NCBI GenBank assembly: GCA_054600435.1
Contig: BAAIJX010000049.1
Coordinates: forward strand, 62,001 to 126,000
Source: Neophaeotheca triangularis
Taxonomy: Eukaryota
Reading direction: 5' to 3'
Length of the DNA stretch: 64,000 nt
The notes under the pieces were generated by a model. It worked only from the letters and a program-made list of their open reading frames with translations, searched no databases and was not told where the DNA came from. Positions 13,161 through 25,789 of this stretch are shown here, piece after piece. How positions within the stretch are numbered: the stretch's first letter is position 1; each line of letters starts with the position of its first letter. The translations under genes were made by a program, and so were the position numbers.

Positions 13161-16100
13161 TTAGGTACCCCTAAAGGCATAGGTAGCTACCCTCCTAACT
13201 TGCTAGTAGACTTTCGCTCTAGAGCGTTAAAAGGTAGGACGTAGGTAGTAGGTATTAGTTTTAAGGTAGAGCCTCTCCGGGTCTCCTTTAGAAGTAGAGG
13301 GCGAGGGGTAGCGAGTCGGGGTCGGGATAACTACGGTTAGGTATCGCGGCGCTAGCTAGGGTAAGTAAGGGGGATCGAGTCGTAGTTAAGGTAGTTAGCG
13401 GCATCTACCCCTTAGCTTAAGGTCTCCGTCTATACTAGGATGGGTATAGTCGTATTCTACTATTAACTCCCTAGTATCGGCTAAGTCGTCGGCGTTATAC
13501 TATAGATTGTATACTAGGCCCTAATCTTTCTACTTTACTAGATATTGTTTGACTAGCTTACCCTACTAGGAGCGGACTCTTCTTACTAGTAAGCGCTCGA
13601 TTTCATACACTAAAATCCCGTTATCGTCTATAGAGACGGGGCCTAACTCGGCGGGCCTATAGCTATAAGGGTTAGGGGCCTAGGGAGCTAGTTCTAACTA
13701 AGTAATAGAGACTACTAGGTAGATCTTCTAGTGCGGCGGGAGATCGAGCTTATAGGCTAGTCGGCCTACTATTTAGAGTATCTTGAAAGGGCCCGTCCTC
13801 TACGCTACTAACTTTTTCGGAATGAAACTAGGGATAGTATAACCGCGCTAGAGCTTAAGCAAAACTTTTTGGCCGGGTTTGAAGTAGATAGGTTTATGAG
13901 CGCGGTTATACCTATCCTTTATTACGGTAGCTACTATAGCTAGGGCATCTAAGGCTTAGTCCCTTACTACCTGTCTAAGTGTAACGTAATCCGTAGGTAG
14001 GAGCTTAATAAGGGTGTCTAGCGCGTCTAGATTCGTTCTAAAGCCTTAGATAACCACATTTAGAATCTCGTTAGTAGAGGCATTCCTAGCGTTATTAAGC
14101 GTTAACTAGATATAGGGCAGCGCTACGTCCTAAGGCATGTCCGGGTTTAAATTAATAAAGAAACGTATAGCGATCTCTACAGTTTAGTTAGTTCGCTTAG
14201 ACTAACCGTTAGTTTAGGGGTAGTAGGTAGTAGAAGCGAGGAACCTTATATAAAGCCGCCTAAAAACTTCCTTCTAGAAGGCGGAGAGCTATAGAGGATC
14301 TCTATCACTAATAAGAATCATGGGAATATTCTAATCGGCCGTTCGGAGTACTTCTAACTAGGCTACTACCTACTCTAGGGTAGACTAATCTACGCGCCCC
14401 TTAATTAGTAGGATCTTCTTAGAGAAGCGGTTAGTAACTATAAGTAAGGAGTCGTAGCCCGATAGGGTAGGGGGTAGGGCATAAACCTAGTTAGCGGTTT
14501 AAGTATAATATAGAATTAGGCGAACCTCCGTAGGTTAGAGCTCGCCTAGGGGCCTATGTCGGCGTGTCTAGTATAGCGCGTAGTCTAGGCAATAGGCGAT
14601 ATAGCGCTATAGCTCTTAGGATAAGCGGTAGATGTAAAAACTAGCTTGGACGCAGGTATATACCCTAAAGAAACTAGTATAGTAGTGATTATCGTGTGCT
14701 ATCGCGAAGATCTCCTTGAAAATTAAGTAGGGAATGTATAGGCGTTCTCGGCCGTCGGCATTATCTCTATAGTAGATAAGGTCGTCGCGTAAAAAGAATC
14801 GGAGGCCTAACGGCGATAACTCCGGCTCGCCCTCTAAAGCATCCTTAGTCTCGCTAACGACTTCTATAGGCTAAGTAGGGACAGCCTATAGGGTAGTTAC
14901 GGCCTCTTAGGAGGGCGTCGAGTACTCGGTAGCCTTATAGTAGCGGCGCTCCTCCTATGCCTAGAGTTAGCGGAGGCGGGGAGCCTAGTATAGGTCTAAA
15001 CGATAGCTAGCACGAATTTCCTACTTAAGGTCGTTAGCTATTTCTACTAAAGCTACGTAGAAGGCTAAGGGCTCCTACGACTCGGCGAAATCTAGTAAGT
15101 ATTAAGTATCTAAGCTATCGTAATCTGTAGCGCCGATAGAGACGTAGTAGGCTTCCTCGTAGGCTATAGGGTCGAGCATATTAGTAAGAGCTTCCGCTAG
15201 GGTAGCGAGTTTACCGAGTAGGCGGCTTAAAGCATTAGGGACTAAGTAGATACGGCTAGGTCTATAGTAGACGTCTAGGTTGAATTAGGAGACGTATTAG
15301 CTAGCTCTAACTAGCCGGAGGTTAAGCTTATCGGTATAAGTAGTAGTAGTAAGGCTATGTTAGGTAGCGATGCCCGTCACTACTATATGATTAGTGAAGA
15401 TAAGGGTAGGTAGTAGTAATGACTATATGATATAGCGTGCCTTTTATAGAAGCTAAACTAAACTAGCTATTTCTAACTCTATAGGCTAATAGTGACTCTC
15501 TACTAGGGTAAGTCCTTTACTTAAAAAGGCGATAGGCTAGATGTCTTTCCTAGGAAAGTGTAGAGCTTTCGTTCTAGACATGACCGGGTTAGGGTCTCTA
15601 GCTACTATATAGATAACTGCTCTAAACCTAAATTCTTTAGAGGTATCGACGTTAGCATAAAGCCGTCTTTTTAGATTAAGGTAGTAAAGGAAAGGAGAGT
15701 CCTTGAAAATGGCCTATAAAGCCTCGAAAGCAGTATATACCTAGGCACGGAGCTCGTCTATATTAAGAGTAACCTTCGTAGTAGCTAAGTAACGCTTCCT
15801 AGCGTTACCCTTTATAGGGCTACCCTTAAGTAGCTATGTCTTTAAGGCTTAAAGCGGCTAGGTAATCTAGGCGTAATAAGGGACGGCTTGTCGTAACTAA
15901 CTAGTAAGGCTAAGATATTTCTCTAAGTCCTTTAAGGAACGAGGGAACTAGAGGTTAAGTATAGCCTTAATTTTGTCCTTATAGGTAGTAAGGCCTAGTC
16001 TACTAACCTACTAGCTAAGTAAGGTAGTAGAGGGAAATCCTAGGAAGGTCTTAGCTAGGCTAATACTAACGCGGTATCCTTATAGGACGGTGAAGACTTG

Positions 16101-19100
16101 TCGTAGGTAGTCGAGGTACTCGTCGAGGTTAGCGGAAAAGATAATAATGTCGTCTATATAGGCGCGGTAAAATGGACGGAGGTAGTATAGGATATTGTTA
16201 AGCTCCCTCTAGACGTAGGCCACTAAGTTTTTAAAACCTATAATAGCGACTTTAAAAACTTCCTATCTGTAATAGGAGTTAATAGCGAGCTTATAGTAGT
16301 CTTTTACGGTAGTGAGCTACTAGAAGAAAAAGGCAACTACATCTATAACTAAGATAAGTTTAGTACCTTATATTGCCTAAAGGAGGTCTTCTTAGAGGGG
16401 GAGTAGCTAGCTGTCTTTAACTATAACGAGATTAAGGTTACGGATGTCGACGACTACATAACCCTTTCTTACTAGGGCTCTATCTTTATAGACCGTTTTC
16501 TACATAACGAAGACTAGGGAGCCGAAAGCTATATACTCGTAGGACTACTCCATTTTGCCTTACTAGTGTAGTCTATCGTAGGCCTCGTTAAGTATAAGGC
16601 GGTCTAAGGCGTAGAGCGGATACCCCTTCGTAGACAGCTTCTCCTTTTCCTAGCCGTCTTTAAGATAGATAGGTATATAGTAATGTTTAGGGATGTCTAC
16701 GGTTTAGCCTTTATCGACAAATAGGTCGGGGAAGTCGCCTAACAACATGTTAAAAGCTACTACCTATATATCATCGCCGAACACCGTAATTCTATTAGGT
16801 AGGACGAGTTAGTTAGCTATTAGTAGGCCGTTAAAAACGGTTTTAGGTAGGAGCCCTACTAAACAATAGTTATTAGGGCTAATATAATAGCCCTCCTCGT
16901 CGGTCCACTCTATTAAACGGCCGAGGGGCTTCCTAGCTAGTAGCGTCACTAGTTAGAGAGAGTCGTTCCTAATTATCACGAAGGCTAAATTGGCGTCTAT
17001 AGCGTAGTTATATCCCTTTAACCTAGGGGGAAGGCTCGGGCTAGGTATGAAGTCGAAATCTCTATCCGTAGGGAGGTCTATCTAAGCTAAGGGAACTTTC
17101 GCTAATAAGCGCGGCGGAATAGTGACGGGGTGTATAGCTTTTAGTAATAAACCGAGCTTTAAGTAGTCTCTAGACTTAATGAGTAGGGGTACTCTAATGT
17201 TTCCGTAGGCTCTAATAGTCACGAGCTTATAGGGGATATTAATCTTCATTACCTAGGGGGTAATAATGTCTATAGAAATGAGCATTAATAGCTTTAAGTC
17301 GCTAACAATGTATACCTTATAGGTCATTTCGTAGAGGCCCCTTCTAGTAGGGGTATTAGCGAGCGTCTAAAAGATAAGGTTAGCGTACTCGGAGTATATA
17401 TATAGTCGGGAACTAACTCCATGTACCTAGAAAGGCACTTTTAGCTTATAGAGCTAAATGTTAGGTAAATGAGTAGCTAAAAATCGTTTGTCGATCATAG
17501 ATATAATAGCTCCTATATCGAGGTAGATAGAGTAATCGACGCCTAGCTTAGCTAGCTATATAGCGAGGCGAAGATAGTAAAAATTGTAGAAAGCATATCC
17601 TTAATAGTTAGTCCTAAGAGCTAATAATTTAACGACTAGGAGTTCCTCTTCGTACTTAGGTAAGGAAGTCGTTTTAGGAACTTCGGCTAGTTAGGCGGAC
17701 TTAGAGTCCTCTACCGTACTATGTATAAGCTATAAATGCCTATAGAGGGAGTTTCGTGAGCTAAAAGAATCATTGCATTCTAAGCACCTAAGCTTAGCTA
17801 GGTAGGGCTATATAGCTAATGCTAGTCGTAGTGCCGCTAGTGTAGGAGTTATAATAAGGCTAGGGACTAAAGCCTCGTTCAGATAGGCTTAGACTAGGTT
17901 AGCCGAAGTGAGAAATTAGTCGTCGTCGTCGTCGTAGGCGACAATGTTAGCGAAGTTAACCTCTAGGGCGTCCTCCTTATAGTACTCGTAGTCCTCGTAG
18001 TTCTCTAACTCGTCTAGCTCTACTACATGATTATAGTTATCGACCTCGTCATCCTTATCGATATCGGCTAAGTAATTGTTAGCTAGTCTTAGCTAAGTAC
18101 GTAGGGGCGCTAACTAGGGGGGTTGTTTATCCTAGTAAGATTAGCGTTAGCGACCTTAATTCTATAGACGGTTTATGTTATCTTGCGAACCGAACTCTCT
18201 TTAGGTAGGGGGGGCAGTCTAGGGTTGTTATCTCGGTAAGTAATAGTCTACTATGTTTCCTAGAGGTCGAGCCTAGGGGTTAGGGTTAGGGGTATGGCGA
18301 TTATCGCTTCTAAAGTAGTAGTTGCCTATACTATTAGTGTCGATTAGGGGGTTAGGATAATAATGCTTACTTAGTAGGTTAGTAGGGTAGAGGGGGTATA
18401 ACTTAGCCCAAGTATCTATATAATCCTCTATCTTATGTATTAACTCCTCCTATATAGTAGCGTGGTCTAGTTTGTCGATATCTCATCGTAGCTAGGGCTT
18501 AATGCGAAGCTAACACTAAGCTATCCTAGTAGTTAGGCTGTCGATTTGTGCCTCTAAAGCCTATTAGTAGTAGCTTAAAACGAACTTAGAGGGGGCTCTC
18601 CCCTAGCGTATATCTTTATAGGAAAAGAGTTCCTTATTAAGATTAGTAAGTGTAGTCGTGACTAAGACACGGAATTTGTCGCGTAGTGCTATCTCCTAAC
18701 GTTTAATACCGCGGCTACTACGAAGGTAGGCCCTATTAGCGTTAGTAAGTTAGCTGATAAACTACTAGCTCGCGCCTCTATATAGGCATTTCGGTAACTA
18801 CTACCTCGTAGTAGTAGTAGAGTTAACGGTAGAGTAATCCTAGGTAGATTAGAGGAAGTAGTACATAGAATGGAAGAATTATTTGTTCTAACACATAACG
18901 GAATTACCTACTAGTACGTCGGTTGTGACCGGAAGGTATAGATCGAAATAGCCTACATTATTAGCTCTAAAGTTGCCCTAGTAAGAGCGCGAGCATAACG
19001 GGTTTTAGTTACGGTCGTAGTAGGAGTCGCGTCTACTACGGGAGGTCTTACGAGAGCGATAATCTCTATAACGCTCCCTTCGAGAGTATAGATAGTAGTC

Positions 19101-20750
19101 GGAGTCTAAGCTAGAAGAGCTAGGGTCGTTAGGCTCGTCCCTTGCCTAGTACCTAGGTAGGGAGTTATAGGGAATTTGTCGATAGGGGGATAGAGGCCGT
19201 ATATGTCGCTAGGGGGATAGAGGCCGTACATTTACTTGTTCTTCGCTAGCCTAGGTAGAGAGGCCGGCTCTCCTAAGGCGCTCGTCCTAAGGAGGGGCGT
19301 AATGACGAATCTCTCGCTAGAATTTAATAGAGGGTAACGGCTAGTACGAGGCTGCGTTTAGGAGTAGTCTAGGTTGTCCGAGCTTATAGCGGAATGCTTA
19401 AAAGCGCTCGTTAAGATTAGTACTAGCTTTAGAGCGAACTTATATAGTAGTATGTTAGAACTCGGCGATAGAGGTACTTCTTGTCTCTTCTACCGCCTTA
19501 TAGAGTATCTCCTAAATGCTATCTCGTATAATGTAATCTAGCTCTAGATCCCGTTAGGGTTGTTTCCCCTAGGTCCTAGTACTAGGGCTAGCTAGGGCCG
19601 ACTAACGGTCGTCGTCGTTATAGTCGATAGGGCTATTATAGAGGGTGCCTTCCTATCTAGACGTTATTACGACTGTCGATGCGGGTTAGCCTTAGGGAAA
19701 AGTCTAATCGGCTACGAGAAAGGGGAAAGGGGCGTTTCTAAATTCGCTATAAGTGCGCGGAGGTGACTCTAAGGAGGCCTTTATAGTTAGTAAGGCCTAG
19801 GAAGGCTTAGAGGGCGTCGACTACTTAGTCTTTAGTAGGTCTTCGAAACCGGGGTGTTATAGCAGTTCCGGGGGGCTGTCGTCGCTAATCGTAGAGCTAA
19901 CGTCGTCACTTAGTAGTACCTAGATCTCCGAAGGTAGCGTAAGTAGTAGGGGGTACTAGATAGGATTAATAGCTAGGGAAGGGCGAGAATCCTATGTAAC
20001 GGGGGTTTATTAGGGAGCGGTCGCTAACAGGGAATTCTAGGTAGGATTAACGGCTACGGGAAGACGGGGTTCTTCTATAGTAGGGGGTTTTTAGGGAGCT
20101 ATTACAACCTATCTCTTAGGGGCGACTACAACTTTCCTTAGGGTATGTATAGGGCGGCTTTTAGTAGTAACGATAGTAGCTAGTAACCCTATAAGCGTTA
20201 GCTCGGGCGGGTCTAGATAGAGGGCCGGGTAGTAGCGTATCCTCTCGAAAGCTATAAGCAAATCGCGTACTACTAGTATAATAAGTGATTTCTTAATAGA
20301 CTAATTAGTAGGGAAGCCGAACTCTCCTAGGTCTAGGTAATAGGGTAGCTTTAAGTTATTAGGAGGAGGATATCTTAGAGTTAAGGATTCCTACTACAGA
20401 TAGCTTTAGAGCGACCGAGGTAGGAGTAGAAGGCATATAGCTAGTAAGCCGTAAGCACGATTTGTATAGGTAGCTTAGGTAAGGGGTCTAGTATAATAAA
20501 CACGGTTTAATTAGTAAGCGCTCGACTAAACTTATAGGTAGAAAGCGGAGTTAGAAGGCCTTATAGCTTCCGTAATTAGCCGGTTTAGTATAGCGGAAAA
20601 GGGAGGGTAATGTCCTAATGCTAAGTAGCTTAGGTAGAGGGGCGAAAGGGAGTAGTAGTATAGGTACTAAGTATTATAGTGGCTCGGGCATATATAGAGA
20701 TGCTTGCGATCGATACTAGGTCTAGGATTAGTCTCGTATTCTTATAAGGT
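13161..20750 (-). pseudogene. RIP-degenerate gag-pol of B; start approximate
   Basis: GEFGFP (~20320), VGYFD gag (~18950), C2H2 finger CLECNDSFSSRNSLYRHL (~17730-17790), protease (~17520), RT YIDD (~16155), RNase H, integrase, chromodomain (~13450-13615). Its C-terminal peptide resembles that of A; stop at 13161. Confidence 0.9.
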
Positions 20751-20844
20751 AGTGTACCTTCGAACCTAATGTGTATTACTAATCGACTTAGAGTAGTAGA
20801 ATGTCGTTAAGCGGCATAAGGTTAGCTCGAAGCGGCTAATAAGC

Positions 20845-21200
20845 GTTATAGCGCTTAGAGTAGTTCGAGACGAACTAGGGGCTTGCTAACGACTAAGGGG
20901 TTATAGTGACGCCTATAGCGGGCCGAGACGGGTAGGTAGTGTTAGGACGGTAGTGTGGTGCCGAGATACCTAGCGAGGCTCGAGACGACTCCGGCGTGTC
21001 GAGACGACATCACGGTGTCGAGATGACTTTAGGGTGTCGAGATGACTTTAGGGTGTCGAGACGACTATGAAGTGTCGAGACGACCTTAAGGTGCCGAGAC
21101 GACTCTAGAGTGTCGAGACGACTTTAGCTAGTTAAGACGACTTTATCTAGTTAAGATGACTTCGGCGGGTAGAGACGACTTATAGGTTTAGAGCTAGCTA
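20845..21200 (-). repeat. 19-bp-period array (core GTCGAGACGACT on +, i.e. AGTCGTCTCGAC in element sense) in the 5' UTR of B
   Basis: Units such as GTGTCGAGATGACTTTAGG repeat at 19-bp spacing; the core is the reverse complement of that in the 8515-8815 array. Confidence 0.9.
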
Positions 21201-21246
21201 TCTAGTATTAGTGATCAAGGGATCCTTACTATTCTTAGCTACTAAT

Positions 21247-21404
21247 TGCTACGACTAAAGGGTGTAGCACTAAGTGTGAGATGTAAACAAGATGAATAAA
21301 TGAAACTATCTAGCTATAGAGGTAGAAGTAGCTAGCCTAGGGCTAGACTACTACCTTCCCTACTAGACTAATAGGGTAAGGGCTCCCTACCTCCTACTAT
21401 AACA
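21247..21404 (-). repeat. 5' LTR of element B
   Basis: TG...CA termini; candidate PBS (minus-strand TAGTAGCTAAGAA) at 21232-21244. Confidence 0.95.
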
Positions 21405-21761
21405 CCTCCGGTCGACTAGACACTAGCGAGTTATTTAGACTTAGACAAACCCCTATACTAAGAAAGTCTCCCCCTAAGGAGACCTAGGCCGCTAATTTAG
21501 CGTATAGGAGAGGAGGTTAGGAGGCAGACTTGTAGAGCTACTACTAGAGCCTTCTAGAACTCCTAAGACACTTCACTATATCGTCTATTCTTATCGCCTA
21601 TTAGTAGCCGCGTCGTCGCTATAACGACGAGTATGTAGCGCCTAACGCGAGTCTTAGCACTATGTTCTAAAAACACCTCTTCACTTCTACTTTCGGTAAT
21701 AATAACAATACTACAAATTTTTTACATCTCTACTATTATCACTAATAACCTCCTACACCTT

Positions 21762-24700
21762 ATACAATAAGTAACCGTTAAGAGTAAACTAGTCCTTAAC
21801 TATACCCCTACCTCTTTTCTATTAGACCCTATTGTCCTATATAGCGATTTAGAGGGTAGCGAAGACACTCCCTTCATTAACTTTAAGGCGTAATAGCGAG
21901 AGCGTACCTTTTAGTCCTACTTTTAACTTAACGAGTTCGCCGCCCTCTACCTTAACTACCCTAGAAGGTATAAACTCGAGCTCGTACCGGGAGACTCTTT
22001 TACTAAGGAGATAGCGTAGTTAAAGAAGAACGTAGCGGCAGTCCTATTCGTAGGTAACCTCTTCTATAGTTTCACTTTGAAATCCTACGAGCGCGCGCTC
22101 TACGCGACCGCTAACGCGCTTACTACTAACGGCAAACCGGATAATGACTATCGTTTCCGAACCCTTACCTATTCACTTTTTCTGTCCGACTGTTTCCGAG
22201 TTCGCCGAAACAACTAACTTCATAACCTGACTAGGCTTACTAGCGGCGACCTTTTCTATTATCTCTTAGACCTCTATAAGGCGGCGCTAACCTCCGCCTA
22301 CCTATATATCTAGGCCCTCTACTCCGCGATACTAGTAGAGCCTGTCGACGGTTACTCTCTAGGCCCTTAGACCTTTATAGGTGTCCCTAACATATACGCG
22401 ATTTTTTAACGACCTTCCCCTATAGAGTCCGCCGCCCTAGACATCTAGGCTTTAATCACGAAAGAGTTAGATATAAAAGTAGAGTCTACGCGTCCTCTAG
22501 TAGCCTTTTATAGTACTAAGGGTTACACTATAAGAGAGGGACTTGTTAAGATAGGAGTTATTTTAGCTAACGAGATAATCGAAGCTATAGTATGGCGTTA
22601 CGCTAAAGGAGACTTCTATCTATTCGACCGCGAGAACGAAATCTATGACACTAACTATTAGAAAACCTACCTAAGTTTCGAATCCGCCTATAAGTAGGTC
22701 TATAAGAGAAACCCGACATTTGGCGAGGTCGAACTTATCGATAACACTATCTCGCTCCTTACCCTAATCGACTTAGAACTCCTCTACTGCCTAGCCCCCT
22801 ATACCCTCTAGAACTAGCCCGGAGCACTCTACTACCTCGGTTAACTCGGTATAGGTTAGATCATTTTAGAGCTACTCGAGCTAGAGTAGGCCTCGATATT
22901 CTATGCCTTTCCTAGCGATAGCCTCTTACCTAACGCTAAGCGCACTACTATTTATAACTACGAGGATTTGGTAACGGATACCGCTAGAAAGTTATACACG
23001 TTTAAGTACTTAAAGAACCTATATAACCCCGAACGTTTCTAGTTTACAGCTAACTACTTTATAGCCCTTTTATTAGAAGGCTAGCTTAAGTCCTACTAAG
23101 ACGCTATCTTAGTCGACGAACATAACGGATACCCGTACTTTACGTATAGGGCACTAGGACTAGCGGTAAGAGACCTTTACTAAGAAATAGTACATGTTAC
23201 CGTAGCTATAGGAGGCGGATACCCTAACCCTTTTACTATAACGCGCGAAGATACTAATAGAAACGAATATGAGGGCAAATTCTACATACTCTACGAACCT
23301 TTTGCCTATACTATTAGCTAAGCGCCCGAACGTCACTATAAGACAGTCTTAAACCTATCGTAGACCTATCGGTCTAAGTTCTATTTCTATATCTATAGTC
23401 CCTAGGATAAGAATAACCTACCCCCGGCCTATACCGCTTTAGAAGATACGGACGTTCTCGAGTTACTTATCCTATACTACTATGTAGGTACCCTCTCTAT
23501 CGAGTTCCTCTAGAACTACTACCTAGAGTCCTTTTCCTATAAGGGCTAGCTGCTACTAATACGCTAGTAGCGAGGTAGACCCGGTATCTTCTAGATAGTA
23601 GGTAAGGGCTAGAGATACGCTTATATCTAGGGTATTTATACCCTCTATAGTAGCGGCTACCTCTACTACTACCTCGAGTAGCTAAATAACGACAAAAAAC
23701 GCCTTACCTTAATGTACCCGGTAAATAATACCTATATATAGTAGCGCCCTATAGACCCCGCGGGACTAGCCCGCCCCTCTTATAAGGCCTAGGAAAACTT
23801 AAAGGATAATAGAGTTAAGCTCTAGGACTACGACGATAATCTTTAGGTTAGATAGGACCTTATTCGTTAGCTAGAATACGTCGACGTCGACCGCGTTAAC
23901 ACTAGATACTACGCCTACCTAGACTTATAGGAAGCGCTCCTATTAGGATACCTAGAACGAGTTATCCTAGAGAGCGTTACTCTTACCTAGAGCGAGTAGA
24001 AGAACACTACCTCGTAACCTTAGCCCTTAATAGAAGGCCGCGATGTAATCTTAGACTTAGATAGACCGCTAGATTTCTCCTATAGTAACTATTACCCTAT
24101 ATAGCGCTATGCCTTTAACCTACCGCTACCCCTAGGATTAGAAATTATAGTGATAATATAGTATGGTTAGTAGACTCTACGACGTGTCTTAGGGTTAGAA
24201 GCAGGTTTCCGCCTCCTATAGCCTAACTCTAGGACGAGTATCTAGGCGTAAAGGCATACTACCTCGGCTAACCGAGCTTACTAGGCGGCAGAATAGGCCC
24301 GTACCCCGTCTTACGAGATAGGAGCCCTTTAAATTAGTAACCCTATTCCCTTTAGCCTAGCGCCGTAAGTACTCTAGCCCTACTCTACTTAGAACTAGAG
24401 CTCCGATCCGTTCGTGCGATAAGCGCTATAATAGTCCTAGTAGCCTCCTTTCGTTTCCTCCTAATAGGCGTAGCCCGGTGTCGCTTTCGGGTTTAGAATT
24501 AGCTAGGTAGACTACTAGCCCGCGAACTCCTAGTAACTACGTTAATAGACTACTTACTAGTAGAGTGGCCTACCCTAGCCGACGTTTATATTCGGAGCTT
24601 AATAAACGTAGTCATACTAACTAGGTTTCGAGCTATAGTAGAACCTCGCTCCGTAACCGAGTACCTAGGCCGTATAGTCGTAGCTATACTAACCTCTACC

Positions 24701-25373
24701 CTAGTAAGTTAACTAGTAAGGCGTAGCTTACGGGCCCCTCTCCTAGCCGCATGTCTCGTAAACCTAGACTCCTTTAGGACCGTAGTAGTAACGAGCGTAG
24801 CGTGTCGTCTATTTCGACTAGTAAACCCCCGCGGTACTACATAACGGATTAATGTTAGGAGCCCTACCGTTTAGTACTCTATAGCTATAGACGCCGGCTC
24901 CGCCCGTCTAGCTAATTAATTAGCTTATATCCGGGTACTCGTAAACTACTTATAATATAGCGGCTTAAGAGTATACCTAGGCCTAACTCTATTTAGTAGA
25001 GTCTTTTAACGCGGCTCGGGTTTTATTATAATAAATGGCGACTATTAAGGCTATAACGGAATAGGGGATCCGACGTAACGTTATAATAGCCGAATAGTAG
25101 TCTATATAACATGCCTAGGTAACGCTAGTAACCTTCCCCGAACCCCCGTAAGACTAGTTAGACTAGGTAGCGATATAGGATAATACCCCTACTAACGACC
25201 CGTAGATAGATAACCTCTCTATCGACTTCGCTAACCTTTTCCCTACGTCGCTCCTAGACGCTAGTACATTCGACTAGTAATACCCCTACCGTAACCCTAC
25301 TAGGGCTATATGCGAAACCTCTAATACCGCTACGCTATCGTCGCTAGCTAAGAGGAAAAGGGACGGCCTATAA
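21762..25373 (+). pseudogene. RIP-degenerate extra ORF (ORF3, ~1200 codons) of element A, unknown function
   Basis: One frame read over 3.6 kb. About 790 N-terminal codons are homologous to B ORF3. A TAG/TAA-dense tail (inferred Gln/Pro-rich) ends ...AKRKRDGL. The start is inferred from ATA, assumed to be a RIPed ATG. Confidence 0.85.
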
Positions 25374-25789
25374 GACCGCTCCTACCTATAGGTAACCGGA
25401 GACCTAGCTCCGGTTATGCTCTAGTATAGGGTTTTTTCTTTTCTTACTTCTTATTTCTTACTCGATTTCTCTTCTCTACCGCTATTACTATAGCTCCTCT
25501 AGGCATTACTACCTAACGATAAGGCGTAGTCTAACTATTACCGTACTTTTTACTACGCGTTTTTCTTTCCTATCGTATACTGTCGCTAGAACCGGTCTTA
25601 ATTCCCCGTATACCGCTACTAGAAATAGTTAAGCCGCCGCCCTCCGACCGCCCCTATAGCTCCCGCTACTTACTAGTAATTCGGATAGGGCTAGTGTTTA
25701 GTAAATAGTCTTATTAAAAGTATCGATATTCCTACCGTTACCGAAACGCATTAGCCTAAACCCTTACTAACGTCTCGCCTCGCTATACC

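Larger units (their letters stand above)
8317..21404 (-). mobile_element. Ty3/Gypsy chromovirus-type LTR retrotransposon B (13088 bp) nested in A, RIP-inactivated
   Basis: 158-bp LTRs at 8317-8474 and 21247-21404 (6 transitions); TSD CCTCT (8312-8316) / CCTCC (21405-21409); minus-strand PPT (C-run ~8479-8486); full pol on the minus strand. Confidence 0.96.
1000..21566 (+). pseudogene. RIP-degenerate single-frame gag-pol of A, interrupted at 8317-21409 by element B; start approximate
   Basis: All in one frame: EFGFP block (~1331), EEIGFFDP gag (~2600), C2H2-like finger (~3765-3830), protease CLD(T)G (~4034), RT YIDD (5396), RNase H (~5900), integrase (~6870-7500), VGPF (~7775), chromodomain (~7960-8130). 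The tail resumes at 21410 and ends at TAA 21564-21566. Confidence 0.9.

Noticed and set aside
21566..21762. Pol-ORF3 read-through fusion (same frame in A)
   Set aside because: In B, ORF3 is in a different frame from pol, and both pols end at a homologous C-terminal peptide. The shared frame in A is probably chance.
21762..25373. Absence of TGA stops as proof of an ORF; calling ORF3 env
   Set aside because: RIP also converts TGA to TAA, so this is uninformative; the evidence used is cross-element conservation. No signal peptide or TM anchor was recognisable to support env.
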